NCBI GenBank assembly: GCA_964016885.1
Contig: OZ024744.1
Span: 105,648,001 to 105,712,000 of the forward strand
Source: Eledone cirrhosa
Lineage: Eukaryota
Direction of reading: 5' to 3'
DNA length: 64,000 nucleotides
The notes below the pieces were generated by a model. It did no database searches. It was not told the origin of the DNA and was given only the letters and a program-made list of their open reading frames with translations. Numbering within the stretch: position 1 is the first letter of the stretch; every line of letters begins with the position of its first letter. Of this stretch, positions 14,439 through 27,389 are shown piece after piece. The position numbers and the translations under genes are program-made.

Positions 14439-14445
<7 letters not shown>
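14107..14445. repeat. Long inverted repeat (arms 14107-14273 and 14288-14445) of a hammerhead-bearing element; a third, diverged copy follows at 14478-14650
   Basis: The arms are reverse complements apart from a few substitutions, a 14-bp deletion and a 5-bp insertion. (TA)n lies at the right boundary and about 90 bp to the left. Confidence 0.92.
14150..14214 (-). ncRNA. Type I hammerhead ribozyme motif
   Basis: Minus strand reads TATTTTAT-CTGATGA-AAGcACACCA(loop)TGGTGTcCTT-GAAA-TAtgTA-TA^-ATGAAATA. All core boxes are present, stems I, II and III pair, and the cleavage triplet is AUA. Confidence 0.75.
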
Positions 14446-14481
<36 letters not shown>

Positions 14482-14520
14482 GATATTAATAAATGGAAAC
14501 TATATTTATAAAACCATATT

Positions 14521-14585
14521 TATTTCATTATACATATTTCAGGGATACCACATTAAATTATGGTATGCCTTCATCAGACAAAATA
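14521..14585 (-). ncRNA. Type I hammerhead ribozyme motif (diverged paralogue)
   Basis: Minus strand reads TATTTTGT-CTGATGA-AGGcATACCA(loop)TGGTATcCCT-GAAA-TAtgTA-TA^-ATGAAATA. It has two compensatory pair changes in stem II relative to 14150-14214. Confidence 0.75.
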
Positions 14586-15204
14586 CAATATATAACAGTT
14601 TTACAAATAGCTTTGACGTACCCTTTTAAAATACAACCATTACTTTTGGAGGCTGTCTGGATAGTGATTTGTTTATATAATAAGTCATAGTGTTAAGCAC
14701 AATTAGAAAAAGGCGGAGAGAAAGAAAAAGAAAAAAGACGGAGAGAGAGAAAGAAAACCTGGAGAAATATCGGAGAGAGAGAGAAATGTATGGAGAAAAG
14801 AAAGAGATAAATAAAGATAGGAGAAAATAAAAAATAAAAAAGAAAGAAAAGGAAGGAATAAGAAAAACAAAGGAAAGCAACAGAGAGATATCAAGTCATC
14901 ATACAGAAAGAAATACTATATATAGAGAGAGAGAGGGGGGGGGGGGCAGTGACAACTTTACGTCATGTCATATTAAGTTGCGTTAACAATTTATATGAAA
15001 TGAATAATAAAAATATAAATATAAGTATCAATATTCATGAATGGGACATAGATATATAATATGAGAAATTAAACATTGTTCAATAATGACCATATGTTTA
15101 GTTTAGAAACTTGAGATCAATATACCAAAATCTGAGTTCAAAATGTACCCTTGCTATAGAGATTAGTATTTTATGCAAAGACATACAAATATATATCCAG
15201 AGTT

Positions 15205-15397
15205 GACATTGCACTCAGTGCTCCTTTGGGAGCCCCTACATGGACACACTAGAAGAGGAAGACCAAGGTTAACATATGTTGATGCCCTAAGGACAGACAC
15301 TGGTCTGTTGGAGATGCAGGATATGGCAGCGATAATGAGGGACAGAGACCGCTGGAGAGAACTCGTCCATGGATCTCGGGAATTTTACCCGCCTTAG
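15205..15397 (+). mobile_element. 3' end of an RTE/RTE-X LINE ORF
   Basis: LLWEPLHGHTRRGRPRLTYVDALRTDTG...MRDRDRWR is the typical RTE-X C-terminal GRP/DRxxW motif. Confidence 0.85.
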
Positions 15398-16183
15398 ATA
15401 GAGATACATACATATAGATACGCATGTCCTGAAAATAGAAATTATGTTTACTCAAGCCAACAATATAGCCATACAAAACGTAAATGATTTCTCTTAATCA
15501 CTGCTATACATTCTTTGTGTTATAAAAATTTCACAGTATATATATACAAATATATACGATTAACAATCATGTCCTCATATATACGATTACCATTCATGTG
15601 TTTAATATTATGCATATCTGCAACATACCTCTCAACCACATAGATATATACACATACATATATACACATACATATGTATAAATAAATATTTGCGTGCGTC
15701 CTCACGCATCACTCATGTATATATACAGACACATATAGAAACACAAAAAATCTATAACACTTTCTATGCATGTTAATACACACATATGCATTTGTATAGA
15801 GATAATCCAATATCAATAAATTACTAAAGGATTATAATTTGTAAATATAACCATGGAAGGGAGTAAAAATGATTTAAAAGTTAATTTTTCCATATATATA
15901 TATATATATATGGAAAAGAGAGTTGTATATCAAATTATTCGAATAATTTTCGGTGAAAATTCGTACAATCAAGATTTATACATACACAAATATATATAGG
16001 TATTTGTACTTCTCTATCTTCAGAGGATTAAAAAAACCCCATTAAATTGAAGCAGAATATATCTGAAATTCAATTCCCACATTACTATATATATATGTAA
16101 AAGGTAAACAGAAATAACAACACAATCGGTACAGTATATGGAAAGATTATGTTAGTTTAATGCTTGAAATAGCAGGAAGAGGG

Positions 16184-16219
16184 TCTTAACGTTTTGGACA
16201 CTAGTCCTTCATCAGAAGA
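16184..16219 (-). ncRNA. Degenerate minimal (Penelope-type) hammerhead motif
   Basis: Minus strand reads TCTT-CTGATGA-A-GGAC-tagt-GTCC-AAAAC-GT-T-AAGA. The GAAA box reads AAAA, consistent with CpG decay. Stem III is the palindrome ACGT. Confidence 0.55.
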
Positions 16220-16277
16220 AATAATAAGAAATTAGAAAGATTGAAGGGACAGGGAGGGTGGAATCGGGAAAAAAAAA

Positions 16278-16550
16278 CTATATACAGAGGACCTGCGAAG
16301 ATTGGAAAGAAATGAAGCTGGCATACTTTGTTGGATGTGCCATAGTAATATACATGAATGGCAAAGCATAAATGAACTGAGAGATAAACTGGACATAAGA
16401 GGAATCAAATGCAGTTTGCAGGAGAGGAGATTGCAGTGGTATGGTCATGTGATGTGTATGAGGGATAACAGTTGTATAAAAAGGTGCAGGGCAATCAAAA
16501 TTGATGGATGCCGTGGAGTAGGGAGATTCAGGAAGACTTGGGATGAGGTT
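16278..16550 (+). mobile_element. RTE (BovB-like) LINE C-terminal fragment
   Basis: ELRDKLDI...QERRLQWYGHVM...GCRGVGRFRKTWDEV. Confidence 0.85.
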
Positions 16551-16810
16551 TACACCTCTCACAAGATCAAGATTGCTGGTGTTATGCAGTTATGCATAAG
16601 ATCTGCCAACCCATATGTACAGGTTGAAGCATACATTATACACCACTTTTCCATATCTTTTCCTCCTCCATCCTAACACCCCACCCATACCCACGTTCTT
16701 ACCCATACCTCTCACCTGATAAGTACCCTACCTCTAGATCTATGTCTCCAATCCCCATACACCTCCCCCATCCCAGCCCCCATTTTGTACTATAAAGTGG
16801 TCGTCTAGAT

Positions 16811-17132
16811 CAGGGGTTCTCAACCTTATTTTCTCTGTGGACCACCAAAATAAGTAATTTTCTCCTGTGGACCACCTAAACTTTAGAATCTTTTGTAATA
16901 GAACTGCTACTTATAAGCATCAGTAGATGTTGTTTTTTTTTCAATGAATTAGAAAATGCTATTATCATGTCGCAGTGCCTAAAAATCTACGCAAATAAAC
17001 AGCTGAAGTCGTACTTATGCGAAGAATAAGAACAGCGCTTTAAGTCAAATGCATGGATCAAAAAAGAATCTGCTATTGAAAATTTTCTGTGGACCATCAG
17101 AATTTTCCTGTGGACCAGGTTGAGAACCCCTG
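16811..17132. mobile_element. hAT (Charlie-type) MITE, 322 bp
   Basis: Perfect 15-bp TIR CAGGGGTTCTCAACC. 8-bp TSD GTCTAGAT at 16803-16810 and 17133-17140. Four subterminal CTGTGGACCA motifs. Confidence 0.93.
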
Positions 17133-18246
17133 GTCTAGATGTCATGACAAAAACCACCCAGTCCACACTTTAAAGTGGTCATGTAGATGCCACAACAAAA
17201 AGCACCCAGCCCACATAGAAATCAAACCAGAAATAGTTCTGTATGAGCAGGACACAGTCACTTGATCTGATTTGTCTCACAACGGGACAATTCGTCTAAC
17301 CCATGCTAGTGTGGAAGAAAGGATGTTAAACTGTGATGATGATAATTGTTTCTACTTTTGGCACAAGGCCAGCAATTACTCAGTGCATTACTGGTACTTT
17401 ATTTTATCGACCCCGTAAGGATGAAAGATAATGATAATGATATATATATATATATATAGTTATTAGTGGTAATCACACACAAACAGACCTCCCTTTCTCT
17501 TATGAAGATGAACTCTTTATAAAACTCCACACACCAGGAACAAACAACCTAACTGATGAATCATTTGTCACTGATGCTACTGTTAGAGTGGTAAAGTATA
17601 CCACACTGTGGTACCTACTTACAGCTACCTGGACTGTTGACAGTTGTCTTGGTCATAGACATAGTAGTGTTACTGAAATAATAGAATGTGTTGACCTTTC
17701 CAGATGGTTGTCCACAGTTCACAATGAATGTAACAGTACTATTCAGGGCATTTCCTAAATGTGTTTGTTATTTCTGTTAAAGCTATAATTCAAAATGTCA
17801 CAGGCTGTGTGGATCGTAATCTTGTTAAACAAATAAATAAATCTAGGTTTATAATCTTTAGGTATGTGATCTATTACAAGGAAAAGAAATAATCTCGTTT
17901 TATGAAACAATTACAAAAGAAAAACAAGTGTAGGGGTGGTGTATGGAGCAAGTAATAGGAAATTACCACAATTCCTTTTGTCTGTTTCTCTATAAAATCA
18001 TAGCTAATTCATCAGTAAACTACAAAGTAAGTCAGTGTTGTGTAAAATAACCTACTTATTAACTGTGAACAACTTTTGTACTGTAAAAATACTCTACACA
18101 TACACTCATAGATGTTTTCCTCTTTCCAGTGAAAGAATATTTCCATCTTTGTAGAGTGGGATTAGCAATATCTCTCTCTGGTGATACATCAGATGAGAAT
18201 ACTTGGCAAAAGCTGTGATGAAGAACCGCCATGTATCACGAGAGCG

Positions 18247-20363
18247 ATCCCATTGTCTGTTGAGGGGGTTAGTAAGGAGTTCTGTAGGTGATCCCATTGT
18301 CTGTTGAGGGGTTAGTAAGGAGTTCTGTAGGTGATCCCATTGTCTGTTGAGGGGGTTAGTAAAGAGTTCTGTAGGTGACCCCATTGTCTGTTGAGGGGGT
18401 TAGTAAAGAGTTCTGTAGGTGACCCCATTGTCTGTTGAGGGGTTAGTAAGGAGTTCTGTAGGTGATCGCATTATCTGTTGAGGGGGTTAGTAAGGAGTTC
18501 TGTAGGTGATCCCATTGTCTGTTGAGGGGTTAGTAAGGAGTTCTGTAGGTGATCCCATTGTCTGTTGAGGGGTTAGTAAGGAGTTCTGTAGGTAATCCCA
18601 TTGTCTGTTGAGGGGTTAGTAAGGAGTTCTGTAGGTGATCCCATTGTCTGTTGAGGGGTTAGTAAGGAGTTCTGTAGGTAATCCCATTGTCTGTTGAGGG
18701 GTTCGTAAGGAGTACAATAGGTGATCTCATTGTCTGTTGAGGGGTTCGGAGTCAAGTAGGTGATCCCTTTGTCTGTTGAGGGGTTTGGAGTCAAGTAGGT
18801 GATCCCATTGTCTGTTGAGGGGTTAGTAAGGAGTACAGTAGGTGATCCCATTGTCTGTTGAGGGGTTAGTAAGGAGTTCTGTAGGTGATCCCATTATCTG
18901 TTGAGGGATTAGGAGTCCAATAGGTGATCCCATTATCTGTTGAGGGGTTAGTAAGGAGTACAGCAGGTGATCCCATTGTCTGTTGAGGGGTTCGTAAGGA
19001 GTACAGGAGGTGATCCTATTGTCTATTGAGGGGTTAGTAAGGAGTACAGCAGGTGATCCCATTGTCTGTTGAGGGGTTCGTAAGGAGTACAGGAGTTGAT
19101 CCTATTGTCTATTGAGGGGTTAGTAAGGAGTACAGCAGGTGATCCCATTGTCTGTTGAGGGGTTAGTAAGGAGTACAGCAGGTGATCCCATTGTCTGTTG
19201 AGGGGTTAGTAAGGAGTACAGCAGGTGATCCCATTGTCTGTTGAGGGGTTAGTAAGGAGTACAATAGGTGATCTCATTGTCTGTTGAGGGGTTCGGAGTC
19301 AAGTAGGTGATCCCTTTGTCTGTTGAGGGGTTAGTAAGGAGTACAGCAGGTGATCCCATTGTCTGTTGAGGGGTTAGTAAGGAGTACAATAGGTGATCTC
19401 ATTGTCTGTTGAGGGGTTCGGAGTCAAGTAGGTGATCCCTTTGTCTGTTGAGGGGTTAGTAAGGAGTACAGCAGGTGATCCCATTGTCTGTTGAGGGGTT
19501 AGTAAGGAGTACAGCAGGTGATCCCATTGTCTGTTGAGGGGTTAGTAAGGAGTACAATAGGTGATCCCATTGTCTGTTGAGGGGTTAGTAAGGAGTTCTG
19601 TAGGTGATCCCATTATCTGTTGAGGGATTAGGAGTCCAATAGGTGATCCCATTGTCTGTTGAGGGGTTAGTAAGGAGTACAGCAGGTGATCCCATTGTCT
19701 GTTGAGGGGTTCGTAAGGAGTACAGGAGGTGATCCTATTGTCTATTGAGGGGTTAGTAAGGAGTACAGCAGGTGATCCCATTGTCTGTTGAGGGGTTAGT
19801 AAGGAGTACAGCAGGTGATCCCATTGTCTGTTGAGGGGTTAGTAAGGAGTACAGCAGGTGATCCCATTGTCTGTTGAGGGGTTAGTAAGGAGTACAATAG
19901 GTGATCTCATTGTCTGTTGAGGGGTTCGGAGTCAAGTAGGTGATCCCTTTGTCTGTTGAGGGGTGATCCCTTTGTCTGTTGAGGGGTGATCCCATTGTCT
20001 GTTGAGGGGTTAGTAAGGAGTACAATAGGTGATCCCATTGTCTGTTGAGGGGTTAGGAGTACAATAGGTGATCTCATTGTCTGTTGAAGGGTTCGGAGTC
20101 CAGTAGGTGATCCCTTTGTTTGTTGAGGGGTTAGGAGTGCAGTAGGTGATCCCATTGTCTGTTGAGGGGTTAGTAAGGAGTACAGAAGGTGATCCCATTG
20201 TCTGTTGAGGGGTTAGTAAGGAGTACAATAGGCGATCCCATTGTCTGTTGAAGGGTTCGGAGTCAAGTAGGTGATCCCTTTGTTTGTTGAGAGGTTAGGA
20301 GTCCAGTAGGTGATCCCATTGTCTGTTGAGGGGTTAGGAGTACAATAGGTGATTGCATTGTCT
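18247..20363. repeat. 43/39-bp minisatellite (GTAGGTGATCCCATTGTCTGTTGAGGGGTTAGTAAGGAGTTCT), about 50 units
   Basis: Tandem unit directly visible. A variant block recurs 719 bp apart (18823-19062 versus 19542-19781). Confidence 0.97.
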
Positions 20364-21799
20364 CTTTATTGTGCTTGTTTCAATGGGTTTCTATTAGAGG
20401 TGTTAGCAAAGACTAATGGAGAGAAGAGGAAGAAAAGGTGAGGAAAAGTAGGGGGGGGGTGTAAGAGAAAGGGAGTATTAGAGGTGTGGTAGAAAGGTTG
20501 GTGCTTCACATTCCCTCTTATGGTTTAAGCATTTCAGCCATGGCCATCAGCCATCTTACATTTAGACAATGTTTCCAATCCTACATTATGCTGTGTACTC
20601 TGTAAAGTGTGGAATACAGCTTCCAGCGGAGCTGGTCTGTCACCACCATACAACTTTTGTTAACAAGGGTATGTTAAATAATGATGATGACGATAATGTG
20701 TTTGTAAAGCTGCTGCAAATTGTCATAAGTTCATCAAGGGCAGTGAGGGAAATGCAGCAGTTATTTAGTTGCAGCTGTGAATGTTCTGAGTTCAAATCCT
20801 ATAAGCCAACTTTGCCTTTCTATTTTTATTGTGTTGATAAATACAGAGCATGATCAAATGACTGGCCCCCTCCCCTGAGGCTTTTCTGTTGTTTCTCATT
20901 TGAGTTTTCTTGGGCTTTTGAATGACAGAGGTCTCAGTCCTATCATAAAACAACAATGTAACTTTCATAATGGCACTTTAATGGCCCTTCTTTTCAGTAT
21001 ATGTGAGGAAAGTTTGCCACTGTCATTTCAAATGTACTTTTTGTCAAGAATATTCTCAATCCCCCTGGCATACTGTCTTGCACTCTAAAACAGCCCACAC
21101 CTTTCAATCCCATGGTGTTGATATCTATCTACCTTGGGTTGAAATGACTTCATGGTGGTCCTCTGCTGGTCTCCATCTTCTTCTTATTGTTATTTTGCCA
21201 GTCCATCCATGCCTGTCCACCATTACTCTTCATTACTTCAGCCAACCTACCATTCAAAGTTATTTCAAGTTGCTAACTATTTTTATTTTCAAGTCATATT
21301 GTTTTCATCATTTAATATAAGTACCAGAAAGTTGGAAAAAAATAAATTATTTTATCTACGTAACATTGCCTAATGTTACTATAATAGGAAAATGACTTGT
21401 TATATAATGTTTGAATCATTCTGAAAAATAAAACATATTTATACATTCATGCTTATACACAAACAAAATAGTATCATTTAAAAGTTTTTAAGGTTTGTTG
21501 AGTTGGAGAGATATGACCACGTTGGCCATATGTAAAAATAAATATAAAAATAAACAAAATTGAAGTGAAACAAAGCGAAAGGAAAGTTATTTTTATGTCG
21601 CTCTCTCTCTCTTATAAGTGAAAGCTTAGGTTAACTGAATCACAAGATTGAAATTCCACTGTACGAAATAGCAGTGTATGACTTCTAATGACCTCATATA
21701 ATATATATGCAGGGTTTTCATTGGAAGATAGAAAGATGGACTGACAAACCGAGGTAGACTGTTGCTGTTGAGATAGCTGGGGACAGATCAGATATACAC

Positions 21800-21950
21800 A
21801 GATAGATTTCTTTATTAGCCACAAGGGCGCAACAAGAAAAGGGGACAATACAAAGACATGCCGGGGATTTTACATACAGTCGTGTAAAAAATATAAAAAC
21901 AAACAATTTCAACAATCGAAATCCCCAATAGGGGGGGGGGGGGGGGGGCA
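21800..21950 (-). mobile_element. 5'-truncated non-LTR retrotransposon 3' UTR
   Basis: The reverse complement contains CCTATTGGGGATTT and ends GCCCTTGTGGCTAATAAAGAAATCTATCT, the same family as 61340-61650. Confidence 0.6.
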
Positions 21951-22474
21951 ACACAGATATATAGGTAGACAGTTCAGATAGATAGATTGCAAGATACTTC
22001 AGAGAGTCATAGTAGGCAGATTATATATATTGATAGATAGATGGAGCTTTGATAATTAGAGGGAAAGGAGAAGGATGGAGAAATAGAGAAAGACGACAAA
22101 TTGATATATATATATATATATATAACTTTGACAGATGGATGGATGGATAAATATAGACTTAGACTGATAGATAATGAGAAGGGTGGGAGAGGGGAAAAGT
22201 GGAAGGATGTTAAGAATAAGAATCAGGGGAAAAAGAACTGGAAAGAAAGAAAAGAGAATTTCAAGGAAGGGAGTATGTTGTGGCTATCTGGTAACAGCCT
22301 GGCCTACCAACTGTAAAAGCTAAAATTAGCCTCAGATGTGTATATCTGTGTTTTTTTTGTTGTTGTTGTTGGTGGTGGTGATGGTGGAAGGCGGACGGTT
22401 GGGAGGATTGCTTATGTAGCACTTGGCTGTTTGCTGCTGCTAAAACCTAATGTTTATGACAAAACAAAATCTGT

Positions 22475-22511
<37 letters not shown>

Positions 22512-22656
22512 TTAATCAACGACAAACGCAACTTCAAAATTATAGAGAAGAGGTAATTGTTTTATTTAATCAGATATAGGTACGCATACACATTTATGTG
22601 GCTGCATTTGTCTACCCCTTTAACTGGTTTCAGTCATTGAACTGTGGCCATGCTGG

Positions 22657-22720
<64 letters not shown>

Positions 22721-22798
22721 ACACCACACACCACACCACACCACACCACACCACACCACACCACACCACACCACACACACACACACACACACACGCAC

Positions 22799-22833
<35 letters not shown>

Positions 22834-22940
22834 CACACACACACTTTTTTCCTTGCTATTTATATTTGTATATGGAAAAGCAGATGTAAAAAGGATGATT
22901 CTATATATATATATATATATATATTATAAGAAAAGAGTGG

Positions 22941-23076
22941 ACCCCGACAGCTGAGCTCCGGCCGTTTCGACAGCTAGATCCGAACTAGCTGTCGAAACGG
23001 CCGGAGCTCAGCCGTCAGGGTATTGAGTACTCTGGTGCGTTATTGTCTCTGGTATCTTATTACCACACCCTCCTTG

Positions 23077-23080
<4 letters not shown>
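22941..23080 (-). mobile_element. Fold-back element in (TA)n: 37-bp palindrome arms plus body
   Basis: Arms at 22941-22977 and 22985-23021. The body GTATTGAGTACTCTGGTGCGTTAT is shared with the 36.2-36.5 kb and 59.5-59.7 kb copies. Confidence 0.8.
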
Positions 23081-23122
<42 letters not shown>

Positions 23123-23879
23123 ATTTAATATTATATTTGGGGAGGGTTATGTTCTAATATTGATAGGAAAAAATAATAAAATACTCATTTTGGTTTGGTT
23201 TTCGCTTCAGTATATTTTTATATTTCTATAAATAATTTAGCTGGCAATCAATATTTATCATTGATTGACCAACTGTTAAAAATATGAATATAGTTTGTCA
23301 AAATTCTTTCGTCACACATATCTATGACACCATCAGTGAGTATCATGTTTACTCCTGTTGTGTTCCTATAACGTTTTTTTTTTTCTTCTTTTTTTTCTTT
23401 TTCTTTTTCTTTTTCTTTTTCTTTTTCTTTTTCGTTGTTTCTGTTTGTGAGCGTGTATCCTGGTGTGTGTTCATGTCTGAGTCTGCATGTGTTTATGTGT
23501 CTATATTCTACCTTTGGTCATTAGTGTATGTTTATGTGTGGGTGTTGTTATTGCATCTGTGTATATTTATATTCTATCTTTGATCACTAGTGTGTGTTTG
23601 TGTATGGTTGTTGTTATTCCATTCATGTTTTCTGTTCAGTCTATGTTTTCTTAATTCTATTTCTGTAGCTTCCCAAATTTGTCCAATGTCGAGTGAAAAG
23701 CTCTCTATGTCTGCTTGTGTATATGTATATAATATGTATTTGATATATATAATAGCCTTCCATTGGTTTCAACAATGAGTGTTCCATTCACAATGGAACT
23801 TATTTATGAAGCCATAAAGATCAGTTTCGTTGTGGCAGCTTGATGTTGTGAAAGAAACTCTATTGAGTAGAGTATCAAA

Positions 23880-24240
23880 TTACTGCTACAGTCATGCTTC
23901 ATTAGATGTACAATGTAAATGTGAGAGAAAGGTGGAGCTTGGATGAACTGAGGGAGAAGCTGGGTTTAAGAAGAATCTGCTGTGGTGTGTAAAAGAGAAG
24001 ATTGCGTTAGTATGGACATATGATGAACATAGATGATGTTCACTGGGTGAAGAATAGCCAGGTAATCCCAGTGGAGAGAAGTAGCGGTAGAGGTAGACCA
24101 AGGAAGATCTGGGTGGATGTGGTGGAGCCGATTTCAAATTGCTGAGACTCGCAGAGGAGATGACTGAGGAATGCAATAAGTAGAAAGATACTGTGCTGAA
24201 AAGCACCCAGCCAACCCATGCAAGTGTGGAAAAACGGGCG
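23880..24240 (+). mobile_element. RTE LINE 3' fragment with tail
   Basis: Decayed ELREKLGL..RRL..YGH..RGRPRK.W, followed by the tail AACCCATGCAAGTGTGGAAAA. Confidence 0.75.
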
Positions 24241-24327
24241 AGGAGACCACTAATCATAGGAGTACTCAATGCATGGGGAGATGTAGAATGGTTATAGAGA
24301 TGTGTAAAATCCCCAGGATTTTACACA

Positions 24328-24815
<488 letters not shown>

Positions 24816-25033
24816 ATAACTCAGCCTTTTGTTGTATTTCATAATGTAATTCAATTATTATTTTTTTTAGTACCACATATCAATTTTGCATTTTTGTTAT
24901 TCTGTACTTCAATTATTATTTATTTCTCTATTTTGTATATAATTGTCTTTATTTAATCACTCATTACAAATTGTTATGGTTATATATATAGTGTGTGTGT
25001 GTCTCTTTATATATATATATATATATATATATA

Positions 25034-25250
25034 CGAGGGGGTGCTGAAAAGTTCCTGGCTTTGGGTAAAAGAAAACACAGGAAGATCAGTTAATTATGAT
25101 TTTATTCAACATATTCTTCTCTCAGATTCACACACTTATTGCAGCGGTCCTTCAGTTTTTCTAAGCCCTGTAAAAAGAACTCAGACGGTTGGGCCTCCAA
25201 CCAGGCGTCTGTAGCAGTGATCAAGCCAGGAACTTTTCAGCACCCTCTCA
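25034..25250. mobile_element. Mariner-derived MITE, 217 bp
   Basis: 28-bp TIR CGAGGGGGTGCTGAAAAGTTCCTGGCTT with 2 mismatches, and TA on both sides. Confidence 0.9.
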
Positions 25251-25264
25251 TATGTTATAGTAGG

Positions 25265-25595
25265 ACCGGCACATGGTTGAATGGTCAAGGAGTTCACTTC
25301 ACAATCATTAGGTCCTGGGTTCAATCCCACAATGGGATATCTTGAGCAAGTGTCATTTACTAAAGCTTCGGATTAATCTATGCCTTCTCAGTGCATTTGG
25401 GTACCTGCTGGATATAACTGTATCTGTAACTAAAAGACCCCAGCTTTGTCACATACTATGCCATGCTGAACCTCTTTGAGAATTGTGTTATTAGTACACA
25501 TGCCTGTGGAATACTCAGCCACTTACACATTAATTTCTTGAGTAGGCTGTTCCATTGATCAAACAACTGGAACACTCATTGTTGAAACCAATGAA
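25265..25595 (+). mobile_element. Old CORE-type tRNA SINE
   Basis: B-box-like GGTTCAATCCC and CORE-like CTTGAGCAAGTGTCATTTA. The 3' part GTACACATGCCTGTGGAATACTCAGCCA recurs near 49280. Confidence 0.65.
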
Positions 25596-25733
25596 AGATA
25601 TATATTGTACTCATATACACAAGCAGATATAGAGAGTTTTTCACAATGGATGTGTATCAGACATTCAAGAAAAGGTTAGGAAGAAAAATACAGACCTGAT
25701 GGCATGCCACATCCAATTCTCTAACAAAGGTGA

Positions 25734-26019
25734 CAAACACCACAATAGTCACTAATACCCCTGTCTCAGCCCGGTAGCTAGGGTTATACAATAAACTACT
25801 GTGGTATAAGTTTAACATCAAACATCACATCAAACACCACAATAGTCACTAATACCCCTGTCTCAGCCTGGTAGCTAGGGTTATACAATAAACTACTGTG
25901 GTATAAGTTTAACATCAAACATCACATCAAACACCACAATAGTCACTAATACCCCTGTCTCAGCCTGGTAGCTCGGGTTATACAATAAACTACTGTGGTA
26001 TAAGTTTAACATCAAACAT
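25734..26019. repeat. 97-bp tandem repeat, about 3 copies
   Basis: CAAACACCAC at 25734, 25831 and 25928. Confidence 0.95.
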
Positions 26020-26483
26020 CTGAAACAAAGTGATACTACATAGACTCCAGTCACATCTTGACCCTCATCTAAGACAAAGTCAAAATAGCTTCAGATTCAA
26101 GAATCTACATCTCACATAGTTGCTTTCAGGAGAATCAGAGAAGAAGTTAAAAGAAACAACTTATAAGCAGTATTAATCTTTATTGATCTCAATATCCTCA
26201 CAGACACACTACAGTGAGATATTTTGGCCCCTTATCTATTCACAATTGTAATTAATTATGTCATGATAAAATCTATTAATGACAAATCAGAAGAACTTGG
26301 CTCCTGACCCACAGTCAGGAGAAATAGATGTGTACAACGAAAACAATCAATAGAAGTGACCACCTTTATGTATTCCGGTGACATTGCCCTACTACCAGAA
26401 GTATATTAAATACAAGAAATATTGGAAACTGGAGAGAAAGAAACTGAAAAAGTTGCTCTATTTAGCAATACTAACAAAACAGA

Positions 26484-27389
26484 ACTTATGTAATTAAATA
26501 TTACAGACCCTGTGGTCATTAACTTATGTAATTAGATATTACAGAGCCTGTGGTCATTAACTTATGTAATTAGATATTACAGACCCTGTGGTCATTAACT
26601 TATGTAATTAGATATTACAGACCCAGTGGTCATTAACTTATGTAATTAGGTATTACAGACCCTGTGGTCATTAACTTATGTAATTAGATATTACAGACCC
26701 TGTGGTCATTAACTTATGTAATTAGGTATTACAGACCCTGTGGTCATTAACTTATGTAATTAGGTATTACAGACCCTGTGGTCATTAACTTATGTAATTA
26801 GATATTACAGACCCTGTGGTCATTAACTTATGTAATTAGATATTACAGACCCAGTGGTCATTAACTTATGTAATTAGATATTACAGACCCAGTGGTCATT
26901 AAGCTATGTAATTAGTAGATACTACAGACCCAGTGGTCATTAACGTATGTAATTAGTAGATACTACAGACCTAGTTGTCATTAAGTTATGTAATTAGTAG
27001 ATACTACAGACCCAGTGCTCATTAAGCTATGTAATTAGTAGATACTACAGACCCAGTGGTCATTAAGTTATGTAATTAGTAGATACTACAGACCCAGTGG
27101 TCATTAACTTATGTAATTAGTAGATACTACAGACCCAGTGGTCATTAACTTATGTAATTAGTAGATACTACAGACCCAGTGGTCATTAAGCTATGTAATT
27201 AGTAGGTACTACAGACCCAGTGGTCATTAACTTATGTAATTAGATACTACAGACCCAGTGGTCATTAAGTTATGTAATTAGATACTACAGACCCAGTGGT
27301 CATTAAGCTATGTAATTAGTAGATACTACAGACCCTGTGGTCATTAACTTATGTAATTAGTAGATACTACAGACCCAGTGGTCATTAAC
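26484..27389. repeat. 38/41-bp minisatellite (AACTTATGTAATTAGATATTACAGACCCTGTGGTCATT), about 23 units
   Basis: 38-bp units on the left; mostly 41-bp (+TAG) units on the right. Confidence 0.97.
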
